A DNA stretch of 64,000 nucleotides from Deltaproteobacteria bacterium (GCA_020633895.1 JACKCT010000002.1:326055-390054); one strand, 5' to 3'. Numbered from the stretch's first letter, positions 17,390-28,626 are shown. Notes: a model not told the origin generated them from the sequence alone. Program-made: numbers and translations.

Positions 17390-18688
17390 TTAAGTCGTCG
17401 AACGGCGCGCTCGCCAGATTTCCCACGCCAGCAGCGGCACGACCGGGCCGTACTCCACGAACGCAAACCAGGGCGGCAGCGCAAAGGCGCCGGTTTGCAT
17501 TTCGTGGATTGACGCCAGATGGGCGAAAGGCAGCGTGGCGCCCAGCCAGAAGAGCGTCGGCGAGCCGGTGAACGGCAGGAAGGCCAGGGCCCAGGCGACA
17601 TACCAGACGTGGGCGGTGGGTGTCCCCAGGATCCAGCACAGGCCGATCACCGCTCCCGCGCGCCATGGATCGACACGCCGCCATGCCAGCAACGCGACGA
17701 TCGCGGCGGTGACGACGGCGATGAGGATCTTGGCGACGGTGCGGTCGCCGGTGGCCCATCGGAGCAATTCGTACACCGAGCCGTTGAAGGCCCACGTGTC
17801 GGCGTAGCGCCCCAGGCCTTCGACCAGCGACGGCCCCGCGCCGAGAAACGGCACGTACGCCAACGCCACCAACGCGGGCAGCGCCAGGATCCAACGTCGG
17901 TCGCGCAGGCGCATCGCGACCAGGGGCGCAAAGACGACGGGGTAGAATTTGACCAGGACGCCTCCGGCGAGAGCGGCGACCGAGGAACGTTCCCGTCCGG
18001 CGTCGAGCGACAAGAGCGCGAGAAGAAGAAAAGCGACGCCCATCGCGTCGCTGTGGCCGTGTCCGGCGAATTCGACGAGTACGATCGGCGAGGCGGCCCA
18101 CGCGACGACGCGCCCCGTCGGCAACTCTCGGCGGCGCAGCGCCAGGACGATCAGCCCGGCGCACGCGACGTCAAACAACGCCGCCATGGCTTTGAACGAA
18201 CGGGGGCTGTTATTGATGTCGCCGGCGAGGGCGAACGCGGCCTGGGCGAGAGGGGGGTAGACCGTCTTGACACTCCTATGGTTCATTTTATCGTACGCCA
18301 CCGCGCCCAAGGCCTCGGCGTTTTCCGGCGTGGGAGGCGTGGCGTAGGGATTGAGCCCCTGGCGCAGGACCTGACCGTCCCAGAGATAGCGGTAGACATC
18401 GCCGGACAGCTCAGGCGGCGCCAGGACGAACAGCAGTCGCGCCAAGAGGCCGAACGCCGCCACCGCCGCCAAGTGCGCGCGTTTGTCGCTTCGCCAAAAG
18501 GCCCAAACGGCGCCGAGCCACGACGCCACCAGCGTGGCCATGATGGCGACGAACGACGCGGGGTGGGTGATGGCCGAAGGAAATCTCCAGGCGATCAGCC
18601 CCGCGACGCACGGCAGCATCAGGCACGCCCATCCGATGGGGAAACGTTTCCGGTCCCACGACGACGGCCACGGATCGTCGGAAAGCAT
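17390..18688 (-). CDS. polytopic membrane protein, DUF2029/glycosyltransferase family 87-like
   Basis: At least 10 predicted TM helices. Motif DVYRYLWDGQVLRQGLNPY characteristic of GT87/DUF2029 mannosyltransferase-like proteins. ATG at 18688 chosen so it does not overlap the divergent GT2 gene. Confidence 0.6.
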   Translation of the reverse strand: MLSDDPWPSSWDRKRFPIGWACLMLPCVAGLIAWRFPSAITHPASFVAIMATLVASWLGAVWAFWRSDKRAHLAAVAAFGLLARLLFVLAPPELSGDVYRYLWDGQVLRQGLNPYATPPTPENAEALGAVAYDKMNHRSVKTVYPPLAQAAFALAGDINNSPRSFKAMAALFDVACAGLIVLALRRRELPTGRVVAWAASPIVLVEFAGHGHSDAMGVAFLLLALLSLDAGRERSSVAALAGGVLVKFYPVVFAPLVAMRLRDRRWILALPALVALAYVPFLGAGPSLVEGLGRYADTWAFNGSVYELLRWATGDRTVAKILIAVVTAAIVALLAWRRVDPWRAGAVIGLCWILGTPTAHVWYVAWALAFLPFTGSPTLFWLGATLPFAHLASIHEMQTGAFALPPWFAFVEYGPVVPLLAWEIWRARRSTT

Positions 18689-18743
18689 GACGATTTCTAT
18701 ATCATCGAATCGGCGGCCGTGACATACGCGTCCCGGGCGAATC

Positions 18744-20387
18744 ATGAGCGAGGTCAGGCCCTTGCCTCGAAAAAGTGTGAAGACATGGATGACGAACCAT
18801 CCGCGAGCGACGATCGCCCTGGGGATCACGGCCCTGGTGGCCGCGCCGCGTGTGTGGTGGCTCGTCCAGGCCATCGTCTGGTCGCCGGTCTTCATGGAGG
18901 GCGTGGTCGCCGCCTATTTCCTGACGCTCGTCGGGCTGGCCGTTTTCGGCGCCCATCGCTACGTCGTGCTCTATCTTTTCCACCGCCACAAAAACCACCG
19001 GGACGATCCGCCGCCGGGGCGCTTTGACGACCTGCCGCCGGTGACGGTGCAATTGCCGCTGTACAACGAGATGTACGTCGCCAGCCGCCTCGTCGACGCG
19101 GTGGCGCGTTTGGACTACCCCCGCGACCGCCTACAGATCCAGGTTCTGGACGACTCCACGGACGAGACGCGGGGCGTGGTGGACGAGGCCGTCGCGTTTT
19201 GGCGCGGGCAGGGGGTGAATGTCGAGGCGGTGCGTCGGCCGACGCGGGAAGGCTTCAAGGCCGGAGCGCTGGAGTTCGGCCTGGCGAGCGCGACCGGCGA
19301 GTTCATCGCCGTCTTCGACGCGGACTTCGTTCCCCGCGCCGATTTCCTCAACCGCACGGTGCATGAATTCACCGACCCGTCGATCGGCATGGTGCAGGCT
19401 CGGTGGGAGCACCTCAACGAAGGCTATTCCATCGCCACGCGCCTACAGGCCCTGTACCTGGACGGACACTTCGTCATGGAGCACGCCGCCCGCAACTGGT
19501 CGGGGCGTTATTTTAACTTCAACGGCACCGCCGGTATCTGGCGCAAGCAGGCGATTTTGGACGCCGGAGGCTGGCAGCACGACACGATCACGGAAGATCT
19601 GGACCTGTCCTACCGGGCTCAGATGGCGGGATGGAAGTTCAAGTACTTGCTCGATTACGCCGTGCCCGGCGAGTTGCCGGCGCTGCTCTCCGCCTTTCGC
19701 TCGCAGCAATACCGCTGGGCCAAGGGCGCGATCGAAACGGCGCGCAAGATCCTGCCGCCCCTGTGGCGCGGGCCGTATCCACTCAAGGTCAAGATCGAGG
19801 CGACGGTGCATCTGCTGTCGAACTGCGCTTATCTCCTGGTCGCGTTGCTATGCCTGTTGTCCGGGCCGAGCATGATGATCCGGGTGCATATGGGGTGGCG
19901 GGCGACGGCGTGGCTGGACCTGTTGCTGTTCATGATCGTGTCGTTTTCCATCGGCGTGTATTACCTGGAATGCCAGCGCGTCATCGGCAAGAGCGTGCGG
20001 CGCGCGGCGTTGTACCTGCCGCTGTTGATGGGCCTGGGCATCGGCATGGTGGTCAACAACGCCCGGGCCGTCGTGTCCGGAATGCGCGGACGCAAGAGCG
20101 CGTTCGTGCGCACCCCCAAGCACAAAATCGAGACACGCGGCGACACGGTCCTGGGCAAGAAATACCGCGCCGCGTTCAATTCCACGATCCTCGTCGAGGC
20201 GCTGGGCGCGTTGTTTTTTATTCCGCCGCTGCTCTACGCCATTCGGTATGACGTGTGGGTTTCGGTGCCGTTTCAGCTTTTGTTCTTCACCGGCTTTTCC
20301 TACCTGGTGCTCGCCACGTTGATGCAAACGGCCCGAACCGCGTGGTCCCTGCGCGGCCGAGGCATCGTCGGCGAGGACACGGTTTAG
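18744..20387 (+). CDS. glycosyltransferase family 2, processive cellulose-synthase-like type (membrane-embedded)
   Basis: DDSTDET, DAD and QQYRW (QxxRW) motifs. N-terminal TMs and 4-5 C-terminal TMs. An alternative start at 18789 is possible. Confidence 0.8.
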   Translation: MSEVRPLPRKSVKTWMTNHPRATIALGITALVAAPRVWWLVQAIVWSPVFMEGVVAAYFLTLVGLAVFGAHRYVVLYLFHRHKNHRDDPPPGRFDDLPPVTVQLPLYNEMYVASRLVDAVARLDYPRDRLQIQVLDDSTDETRGVVDEAVAFWRGQGVNVEAVRRPTREGFKAGALEFGLASATGEFIAVFDADFVPRADFLNRTVHEFTDPSIGMVQARWEHLNEGYSIATRLQALYLDGHFVMEHAARNWSGRYFNFNGTAGIWRKQAILDAGGWQHDTITEDLDLSYRAQMAGWKFKYLLDYAVPGELPALLSAFRSQQYRWAKGAIETARKILPPLWRGPYPLKVKIEATVHLLSNCAYLLVALLCLLSGPSMMIRVHMGWRATAWLDLLLFMIVSFSIGVYYLECQRVIGKSVRRAALYLPLLMGLGIGMVVNNARAVVSGMRGRKSAFVRTPKHKIETRGDTVLGKKYRAAFNSTILVEALGALFFIPPLLYAIRYDVWVSVPFQLLFFTGFSYLVLATLMQTARTAWSLRGRGIVGEDTV

Positions 20388-21071
20388 ATGCGCGTCGCCG
20401 GGGTGATCCCCGCCCTCAACGAAGCCGCGTCCATCGGCGAGGTTCTACGCCAAATCCCGAAAGACCGTGTCGAACGGGTCGTCGTCGCCGACAACGGATC
20501 CACCGACGCCACGGCGCAAGTGGCTAGGGAGGGCGGGGCGATTGTGGTGTCGGAGCCGCGTCGAGGCTACGGACAGGCGTGCCTGGCGGCGCTGGATTAT
20601 CTGCGACAAAATGAGCCGCCGGACGTCGTCCTCTTTCTCGACGCCGACCTCTCCGACTTTCCCGAAGAGGCCCACCTGCTGCTCGACAAAATCACGGAAG
20701 GCTACGACCTGGTGATCGGCTCGCGGGTGCGTTTGGCGCGGAAAGACGCGCTGCTGCCCCAGGCCCGATTCGGCAATTGGCTTTCGACGCGCTTGGTTCG
20801 GTTATTTTATGGAGAGCGATTCACCGATTTGGGGCCGTTTCGCGCGATCCGGTGGGAGGCGTTGGAGCGCATCGCCATGGCGGACACCAACTTCGGCTGG
20901 ACCGTCGAGATGCAGGTCAAAGCCGCCAAACATGGGCTGCGTTGCGCGGAGGTGGACGTGCGTTACCGCCCCCGCCACGGTGACAAATCCAAAGTCACCG
21001 GCACCTTGCGCGGCACCGTCGGCGCGGGCACGAAGATTTTGTATGTGATTTTTCGCGAGTTGCTTTCGTGA
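20388..21071 (+). CDS. glycosyltransferase family 2, polyprenol-phosphate sugar synthase-like (DPM1/ArnC-like, soluble form)
   Basis: N-terminal VIPALNEA...VVVADNGSTD...LDADL (DxD) signature of GT2 polyprenyl-phosphate glycosyltransferases. Start ATG abuts the upstream stop (TAGATG). Confidence 0.8.
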   Translation: MRVAGVIPALNEAASIGEVLRQIPKDRVERVVVADNGSTDATAQVAREGGAIVVSEPRRGYGQACLAALDYLRQNEPPDVVLFLDADLSDFPEEAHLLLDKITEGYDLVIGSRVRLARKDALLPQARFGNWLSTRLVRLFYGERFTDLGPFRAIRWEALERIAMADTNFGWTVEMQVKAAKHGLRCAEVDVRYRPRHGDKSKVTGTLRGTVGAGTKILYVIFRELLS

Positions 21072-21073
21072 TT

Positions 21074-21443
21074 TCAGAGCCGCGACCTGTAGGGAGCGGG
21101 TTGGTCCGAGCAACGAGAACGATGGGTGCCACACTTTCGCGAGACCGCCAGGTCGAGAGAAGGTGTGAATTGCGATGTCCGCGCCGCGAGCCGTAGCGAG
21201 CGGGTGACGGTTACGTGGTCGATCATGGGCTCAACCAGACAGAGCCCCAAGCGTCAGCACGGGGTCGTCGAGCGGTTCGAATTGGTGAGAGTCGAGGCCA
21301 AAGCCAATTGCTTGTTCGTGGCCAACCGCTCACTACAGTTCGCGGCTCCGTTCGGTCGAATCCGTTTCCGACAACGAAAGCGTCACCCGCTCGCTACCCG
21401 CCTACGCCAAGGCTACGGCGAGGTAAGCGGCTCGCGGCTCTGA
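21074..21443. repeat. composite MITE-like element of about 370 bp with terminal inverted repeats TCAGAGCCGCGACC / GGCTCGCGGCTCTGA
   Basis: 12 of 13 TIR positions match. Internal sub-repeats shared with 24004-24108, 31381-31430, 56184-56292 and 61511-61640 (TAGGGAGCGGGTTGGTCC, GGGTGCCACACTTTCGCGA, GGTCGAGAG, CCGTAGCGAGCGGGTGACG and its reverse complement). No coding capacity that I accept. Confidence 0.7.
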
Positions 21444-22090
21444 AAGGACGATACGTTCGCCAACTGCCCCAGCCGCCGGTCGAATTTCTGCGCGAAATCG
21501 AAGATCAACGCGAACAGCGCGTTGTTGATCGCCTGGCCCTCGCGGGGGTTGCGCAGGGTCGAGCCCATGACGCCGTATTCCCCGTCGTCGCGCATCCACG
21601 TCGCGATCGGGCGCGGCCCCGGCCGGCCGATGCCTTCGACAAGCATGCCGATCTTATGCCCGTCGGACAGACGCAGAATCGTGACGTCCATGCTCAGCGT
21701 CACACTCGGCCCCGGGTCGACTTCCTTGTAAAAATCCGAGACTTGCACCACCGCGTCGAACCCGGCGGCGGGCATTTCGTCCAGCACCGCCACGTCGCGC
21801 ACCATCGCCGAGGTCGCCTCGCGAAGCCCGTCGAACAGGGCCTTGTCCACGGCGGAATTCAGTTCGGCGTTCATTCCCGGAAACTTGGCGAAGTGGGGAC
21901 GGCGGACGATCGCGACGCTCAGCGTGGCCTTTTTTTGCGCCTCCGGTTGCTGCGCGACATGAAACGCCTGCCCGAAATGCAGCGGCGGCGCGCAAGCGGA
22001 CAACAAGGCCGCCAAAACGCCGATCAGGGCGAGGGGAAAACGAGTTCTCAAGATTATAGGCTCCACGTCGATAAGTAGATCGGGTACCAT
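21413..22090 (-). CDS. putative lipoprotein, 225 aa (lipobox LLSAC)
   Basis: Signal peptide ending LAALLSAC-APP. Coding-like composition. The last ~10 codons lie inside the right TIR of the MITE-like element, so its C-terminus may be insertion-derived. Confidence 0.55.
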   Translation of the reverse strand: MVPDLLIDVEPIILRTRFPLALIGVLAALLSACAPPLHFGQAFHVAQQPEAQKKATLSVAIVRRPHFAKFPGMNAELNSAVDKALFDGLREATSAMVRDVAVLDEMPAAGFDAVVQVSDFYKEVDPGPSVTLSMDVTILRLSDGHKIGMLVEGIGRPGPRPIATWMRDDGEYGVMGSTLRNPREGQAINNALFALIFDFAQKFDRRLGQLANVSSFQSREPLTSP

Positions 22091-22159
22091 TGCGTCCAGT
22101 CGGCGTCAACCGACGCCCCTACGCGGCAAACGCCACCACGAAAGCCACGGAGTCGATTC

Positions 22160-23992
<1,833 letters not shown>

Positions 23993-24003
23993 TGATTGGA
24001 TTC

Positions 24004-24108
24004 GGGTGCCACACTTTCACGACGCCGACAGGCGGCGGGAAGGTGTGAACTGATCGAAAACGGACGCACACCTTCTCTCGGACTTGTCCTCGCGAAAGTG
24101 TGGCACCC
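24004..24108. repeat. REP/MITE-like palindromic element (family A: GGGTGCCACACTTTCACGA ... TCGCGAAAGTGTGGCACCC, with nested inner inverted repeat GAAGGTGTGAAC / GCACACCTTCTC)
   Basis: Perfect 19-bp outer inverted repeat flanking about 65 bp, located between convergent glmS and the ntrX-like gene. Confidence 0.75.
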
Positions 24109-24134
24109 GTCATCCCGCGTCGTTCTAATTCGCC

Positions 24135-25505
24135 CTACGACACCTTCTCCGGATCAATTCCCAGCGCTTTGATGCGTCGATGCAGGTGCGAGCGCTCCAC
24201 GCCGATCGCCTCGGCGGTGCGGGAGACGTTGCCCTGATTCTCGGTGAGTTTGCGGACCAGGAACGCCCGCTCGAACTCGGCCTTGGCTTCCTTCCAATCG
24301 CTCTGCGCCATGACCCCTTCCAACTCGGTCTCGCCCGCCGCGCCGGGCTTGAGGGCGCCGCGCACATCCGCGCCGGTGACGGTGGACTTGGGCGTCATGA
24401 TGACCAGACGTTCGACGATGTTCTTGAGTTCGCGCACATTGCCCGGCCAATTGTATTCGGTCATCAACTTGACCGCGTCCTCGTCAAATTGCTTGGTGGG
24501 CAGGGCCGAGCGGGTGCAGAAGTGCTCGATGAAATAGTCGATGAGCAGCGGAATGTCCTCGCGACGCTGGCGCAGCGGGACGATGTGCAGCGGGATGACA
24601 TTGAGGCGAAAGTAGAGGTCCTCACGAAACGCGCCGTCCTTGATCATGCCTTCCAGGTCGCGATTCGTCGCGGCGATGACCCGCACGTCGACCGTGATCG
24701 ACTCGGTGCCGCCCACGCGTTCGAATTTCTGTTCCTGGAGGATGCGCAGGATCTTGGCCTGCGTGGTCAGGTCCATGTCGCCGATCTCGTCCAGGAAGAT
24801 CGTCCCGCCGTCGGCCAGATCGAACTTGCCCCGCTTTTTCGACACCGCCCCGGTAAACGCGCCTTTCTCATGGCCGAAGAGTTCCGATTCGATGAGTTGC
24901 TCGGGCAGGGCGGCGCAGTTGACCTCGATGAACGGCTTGTCCCGACGATTGGAATGCAAGTGGATCTGCTGGGCGACCAGTTCCTTGCCGGTGCCGTTTT
25001 CGCCGGTGATGAGCACGCGGGAATCGGACGGCGCGGCCCGCTCCACCTGGGCCTTGAGGTCGCTTACGGCCTCGGACCGGCCGATGATTTCGTACTTGCT
25101 CTCGATGGTCTGGCGCAGGCGCCGGTTCTCGGATTTGAGCTGCGTCATGTCCAGGACGTTGCGGGCGGTGAGCAGCACCTGGTCGATGGACAGGGGCTTT
25201 TCCAGCAGGTCGACGGCGCCCATCTTGATCGCCTTGACCGCCGTCTCGATGGTGCCGTGGCCGCTGATCATGATAACCGGCAGATCCGGGTCGCGCTTCT
25301 TGATTTTTTTGAGCACCTCCATGCCGTCGATGCCGGGCATCCAGATGTCCAGCAGCATCAGGTCCGGCGTGGTCTCGTCCAGCAGCTTGAAGGCCGCCGG
25401 GCCGTCGGGGGCGGTGGAGACGCGAAATCCCTCGTCCTCGAAAATGCCCGCCAATGTGGTGCGGATGTCCGCCTCGTCGTCGACGATCAAAACGTGTTTA
25501 TTCAT
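24135..25505 (-). CDS. sigma-54-dependent response regulator (NtrC/NtrX family)
   Basis: Receiver (LIVDDEADIRTTL...DLMLLDIWMPGIDG). AAA+ sigma-54 interaction domain (GENGTGKELVAQ, ESELFGHEKGAFTGA). C-terminal Fis-type HTH. Confidence 0.9.
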   Translation of the reverse strand: MNKHVLIVDDEADIRTTLAGIFEDEGFRVSTAPDGPAAFKLLDETTPDLMLLDIWMPGIDGMEVLKKIKKRDPDLPVIMISGHGTIETAVKAIKMGAVDLLEKPLSIDQVLLTARNVLDMTQLKSENRRLRQTIESKYEIIGRSEAVSDLKAQVERAAPSDSRVLITGENGTGKELVAQQIHLHSNRRDKPFIEVNCAALPEQLIESELFGHEKGAFTGAVSKKRGKFDLADGGTIFLDEIGDMDLTTQAKILRILQEQKFERVGGTESITVDVRVIAATNRDLEGMIKDGAFREDLYFRLNVIPLHIVPLRQRREDIPLLIDYFIEHFCTRSALPTKQFDEDAVKLMTEYNWPGNVRELKNIVERLVIMTPKSTVTGADVRGALKPGAAGETELEGVMAQSDWKEAKAEFERAFLVRKLTENQGNVSRTAEAIGVERSHLHRRIKALGIDPEKVS

Positions 25506-25570
25506 GGCGGCCTCCCGTGGCCGGGGAGGAAACGTGCGATGGGAATGTCGGCCAGCGATGCGTCATGGGA

Positions 25571-27988
25571 TTACCCGAAGTTGATGATATCCGTGGCGTC
25601 GCGCGGGGCGACGGCGAGGGTGAGGGGAAAGGTGACGACCACGCACGTGCCCTTGGGCTCGTTGTCGCGCATGTCGATGTTCGCGCCGTGATCCTGGAGG
25701 ATCTGGTGCACAATGGCCAGGCCCAAGCCCGTTCCCATTTTCTTCGTCGAAAAATACGGCTCGTACAGCCGCGCCCGATACGCGTCCGGCAGCCCCACGC
25801 CGTCATCAATGACATGCACGTACACGCATTCGTTCTCCTGGTCCACGCCGGTGCGAATAAGCACTTCGCCCTGGCCCGTGACCGCGTCGACGGCGTTGTC
25901 CAACAGGTTGATGAACACTCGTTTGATCTGGGAGCGGTCCAGATTGAGCATCGGCAAGTGGTCGTCGGCGACGAAGGTGAAGCGCACGTCGGCGTGGGCT
26001 TCCGAGTAGAGCACGATCGTTTCGTTGATGATTTCGTTGAGCTGGTTGGGACGCAGTTGCACCTCGGCCAGGCGGGCGAAGTCGGAAAACTCCTGCACCA
26101 GGCGCTTCATCTCCGAGACCTGGCGGATGATCGTGGCGGTGGACTCGAAGAAAACCTGATCCGCCTCGTCGGTGAAGCGATTCCCATACCGCCGACGCAG
26201 TCGCTGGGCCGCCAATTGGATGGGCGTGAGCGGGTTTTTGATCTCGTGGGCGATGCGCCGCGCAATCTCCCGCCAGGCGGCGACACGTTTGGCCTTGATC
26301 AATTCGGTCAGGTCGTCGAGCACCATGACGGCCACGATGTCCTCGCCGCCCACGCTGGTCGGCAGGATCGTCAGGCGCATCAGGATCATGCGCGACTCGC
26401 CCTTGATGGACGCCTCCACCTCCCGTTCGACCGTCTGTCGCGCGTCCTGATTGAACGAATGCATGATCTCGTCAATCTGGGAGCGGGTGAACGCGCCGCC
26501 GAAGGCGTCGTGGTAATGGCGGCCGACGACCGATTCGTCCAGGCCGAGGATCTGTATGGCCTGCTTGTTGATCGTCGAGACCTTGCCGTCCAGGGCGAAG
26601 CCCACCACGCCGGTGGTGATGTTCGCCAGGACTGTCTCCATGTATTGCCGCCGCTGTTCGAGCACCAGATTGGTTTCGCGCAGGTCGTTGTTGGCCCGCG
26701 TCGCCTCCTCGCGAGAGGTTTTCAAATCCTCGATCATGCGGTTGAAGGAATTGATCAGCCGCCCCATCTCGTCGGTGGCGGAAATCTCGATGCGGGCGTC
26801 CAGGTCCCCCGCCGCGACCAGCTCCGTCGCTTCGGCCATGCGTCGGATGGGCACGGCTATGCCTCGGGCGAGGAAGAACCCGAACCACGTGGCCGCGAAG
26901 AAGATGAACATCGAAATCAACGCGAAGATCACGATGTAGCTGGACATGATGGGGTCTTTGAGCAGCAGAAGCTGGCGATAGTCCTCGTAGGTCTTGCGAA
27001 TGGCCTGCATCCGTTGCAGGACGCTTTTCGGAACGAAATAGCTGACCACCACGGCGGCGACCACCTGGTCGTCCACCGTCACCGGCGCCACGCCCCGCAC
27101 CACTTCGCCGTCCCGGAAGGGATAGATTTCGGTGGTCGTTCGGCCTTGGAAGCCCTTGGCGAGGAAGTCGTTGATCGACCGGCCCTCTTCGTCCCGGATG
27201 CGCTTGCGCTTGGCCGAAACGAAGACGGGCGTTTTTTTCGACGGGGTGTAGATCTCCACCATGCCCAGATTGTATTCGCGCTGCTTGGCGTTGATGTGGG
27301 CGGCGACGTGGCCCGTGTCGAACAGGCGCTGAATGCGCTCCTCGCCCGAGTTGACCAGCGACGTCGATTTCGCCGGGGGTTTGTCGCCGTCGGCCGCCGC
27401 GGCCTCGGGAGCCGCCGCCTCGGGAGCTTCGGGCGCGGGAGGCGCAGCCGGGGAGGGGGCCTCCAGGTGCTCGCCCTGGGCCAACTGCTTGGCGAGCGAC
27501 TGGGCGAAGAACTGGGAGTTCTTCTTGTAGGTGCCGTAGTAGTTTTGGGCGACCTCCACCGATTCGGACAGGCTCGTCTCGATTTGCAGCGAGAACCAGT
27601 TGTCGATCGAGCGCGTCACGAAGGTCCACGCGGCGTAGAACATGATGATCGTCGGGATCAGGGCGAAGCCGGTAAACGCCACGACCAGGCGGGCGCGAAG
27701 CTGGGAGCCCAGGATCTTTTGCCGACGCTCGAACAGCAGCTTGGCCAGGTTGCGCAGGATCAGGAACAGCAGGACGCAGATGAAGATGACGTTCAGGTTG
27801 ATCAGGCCGAAGAACAGGATGTTGCTCCAGAAGGAGTACACCTTGGGGATCGGCAGGGCGATGCGTTCGACCAGGAACAAAACAAACAACAGCGCCAGGA
27901 TGGCCATCGCCCACTTGAGCTCGCGGCGCATGCGGCGGTCGGTGACTTTGGGGTCGGGGAGCTTGTCGACGTCGCGGGACGGGCTCAT
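25571..27988 (-). CDS. sensor histidine kinase, NtrY-like (N-terminal TM block, HAMP, PAS, HisKA, HATPase_c)
   Basis: H-box IAHEIKNPLTPIQL. G-boxes GTGLGLAIV. Four N-terminal TM helices and a HAMP linker. Paired with the adjacent sigma-54 regulator. Confidence 0.9.
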   Translation of the reverse strand: MSPSRDVDKLPDPKVTDRRMRRELKWAMAILALLFVLFLVERIALPIPKVYSFWSNILFFGLINLNVIFICVLLFLILRNLAKLLFERRQKILGSQLRARLVVAFTGFALIPTIIMFYAAWTFVTRSIDNWFSLQIETSLSESVEVAQNYYGTYKKNSQFFAQSLAKQLAQGEHLEAPSPAAPPAPEAPEAAAPEAAAADGDKPPAKSTSLVNSGEERIQRLFDTGHVAAHINAKQREYNLGMVEIYTPSKKTPVFVSAKRKRIRDEEGRSINDFLAKGFQGRTTTEIYPFRDGEVVRGVAPVTVDDQVVAAVVVSYFVPKSVLQRMQAIRKTYEDYRQLLLLKDPIMSSYIVIFALISMFIFFAATWFGFFLARGIAVPIRRMAEATELVAAGDLDARIEISATDEMGRLINSFNRMIEDLKTSREEATRANNDLRETNLVLEQRRQYMETVLANITTGVVGFALDGKVSTINKQAIQILGLDESVVGRHYHDAFGGAFTRSQIDEIMHSFNQDARQTVEREVEASIKGESRMILMRLTILPTSVGGEDIVAVMVLDDLTELIKAKRVAAWREIARRIAHEIKNPLTPIQLAAQRLRRRYGNRFTDEADQVFFESTATIIRQVSEMKRLVQEFSDFARLAEVQLRPNQLNEIINETIVLYSEAHADVRFTFVADDHLPMLNLDRSQIKRVFINLLDNAVDAVTGQGEVLIRTGVDQENECVYVHVIDDGVGLPDAYRARLYEPYFSTKKMGTGLGLAIVHQILQDHGANIDMRDNEPKGTCVVVTFPLTLAVAPRDATDIINFG

Positions 27989-28626
27989 GGCGACGCCTCG
28001 CTATCGGCGTCCGGCGCGTCGCCCGCGGGGGGCGCCTCGGCCGGGGGCTGGGGCGGCAATTCCACCTTGGCCCAGCGCGTCTCGAAGTCCCAAAGGGCTG
28101 AAAAGATAAAGAAATCAGACAAGTTCAGCGGCACATCCACCTGGTCGAGTTGGGCCTTGATCTGGACGTAGTAGGGCCCTTCGTCCGTCAGGGACCCGCG
28201 AACCGCGACCGGCATGTCGGTGAACTGCGTCATCAGCTTTTGCGCCTCGTCGAGGCGGTTGACGGTGATCGTCTGACCTTTTTCGCCCAAAAGAACGGTG
28301 TAGACCTCGCGAATGTTATCGTAATGCACCGTCCGGCGGACCTGAAATTCGGCGATGCGTTCGTCAAACCACGCGGTCACATGGCGCTTAACGCGAAAAA
28401 GGTAGGTGAAGGTGGTGGGGATGCCGGCCTGGATGGCCTCTTCCAGATCCTCGGTGAAGGCGCCGTCCACCTGGAAGCTGACAAGATAGGCCTGGCCGTC
28501 GGCTCGGGCCGAAAGCTCGGCGATGCCGGCGCCGCGCACGCTCTGGGCATGGGAAGGCGTTACCCAAGTGCTGAAAAACACTAGGAAAGCAACGAATATC
28601 CCCAGGTGGCGTTCAAGACATCGCAT
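27985..28626 (-). CDS. DUF4390-like periplasmic protein commonly encoded upstream of NtrY-type kinases
   Basis: Signal peptide. Stop overlaps the kinase start (ATGA). This arrangement is typical for DUF4390. Confidence 0.6.
   Translation of the reverse strand: MRCLERHLGIFVAFLVFFSTWVTPSHAQSVRGAGIAELSARADGQAYLVSFQVDGAFTEDLEEAIQAGIPTTFTYLFRVKRHVTAWFDERIAEFQVRRTVHYDNIREVYTVLLGEKGQTITVNRLDEAQKLMTQFTDMPVAVRGSLTDEGPYYVQIKAQLDQVDVPLNLSDFFIFSALWDFETRWAKVELPPQPPAEAPPAGDAPDADSEASP

Noticed and set aside
21215-22078. 287-aa plus-strand ORF through the MITE-like element and antisense to the lipoprotein gene
   Set aside because: Arg-rich, starts inside the repeat element, no signal or domain. The minus-strand lipoprotein frame is more protein-like.
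24090-24110. TGGCAC in repeat arms as sigma-54 -24 elements
   Set aside because: No properly spaced -12 TTGC(A/T) follows any copy, so it is more likely just part of the palindromic repeat.
24180-28171. Several long ORFs (503, 314, 905, 480 aa) antisense or off-frame to the ntrX-like and ntrY-like genes
   Set aside because: All overlap strongly supported two-component genes. Compositions are Arg/Gly/Asp-rich without motifs.
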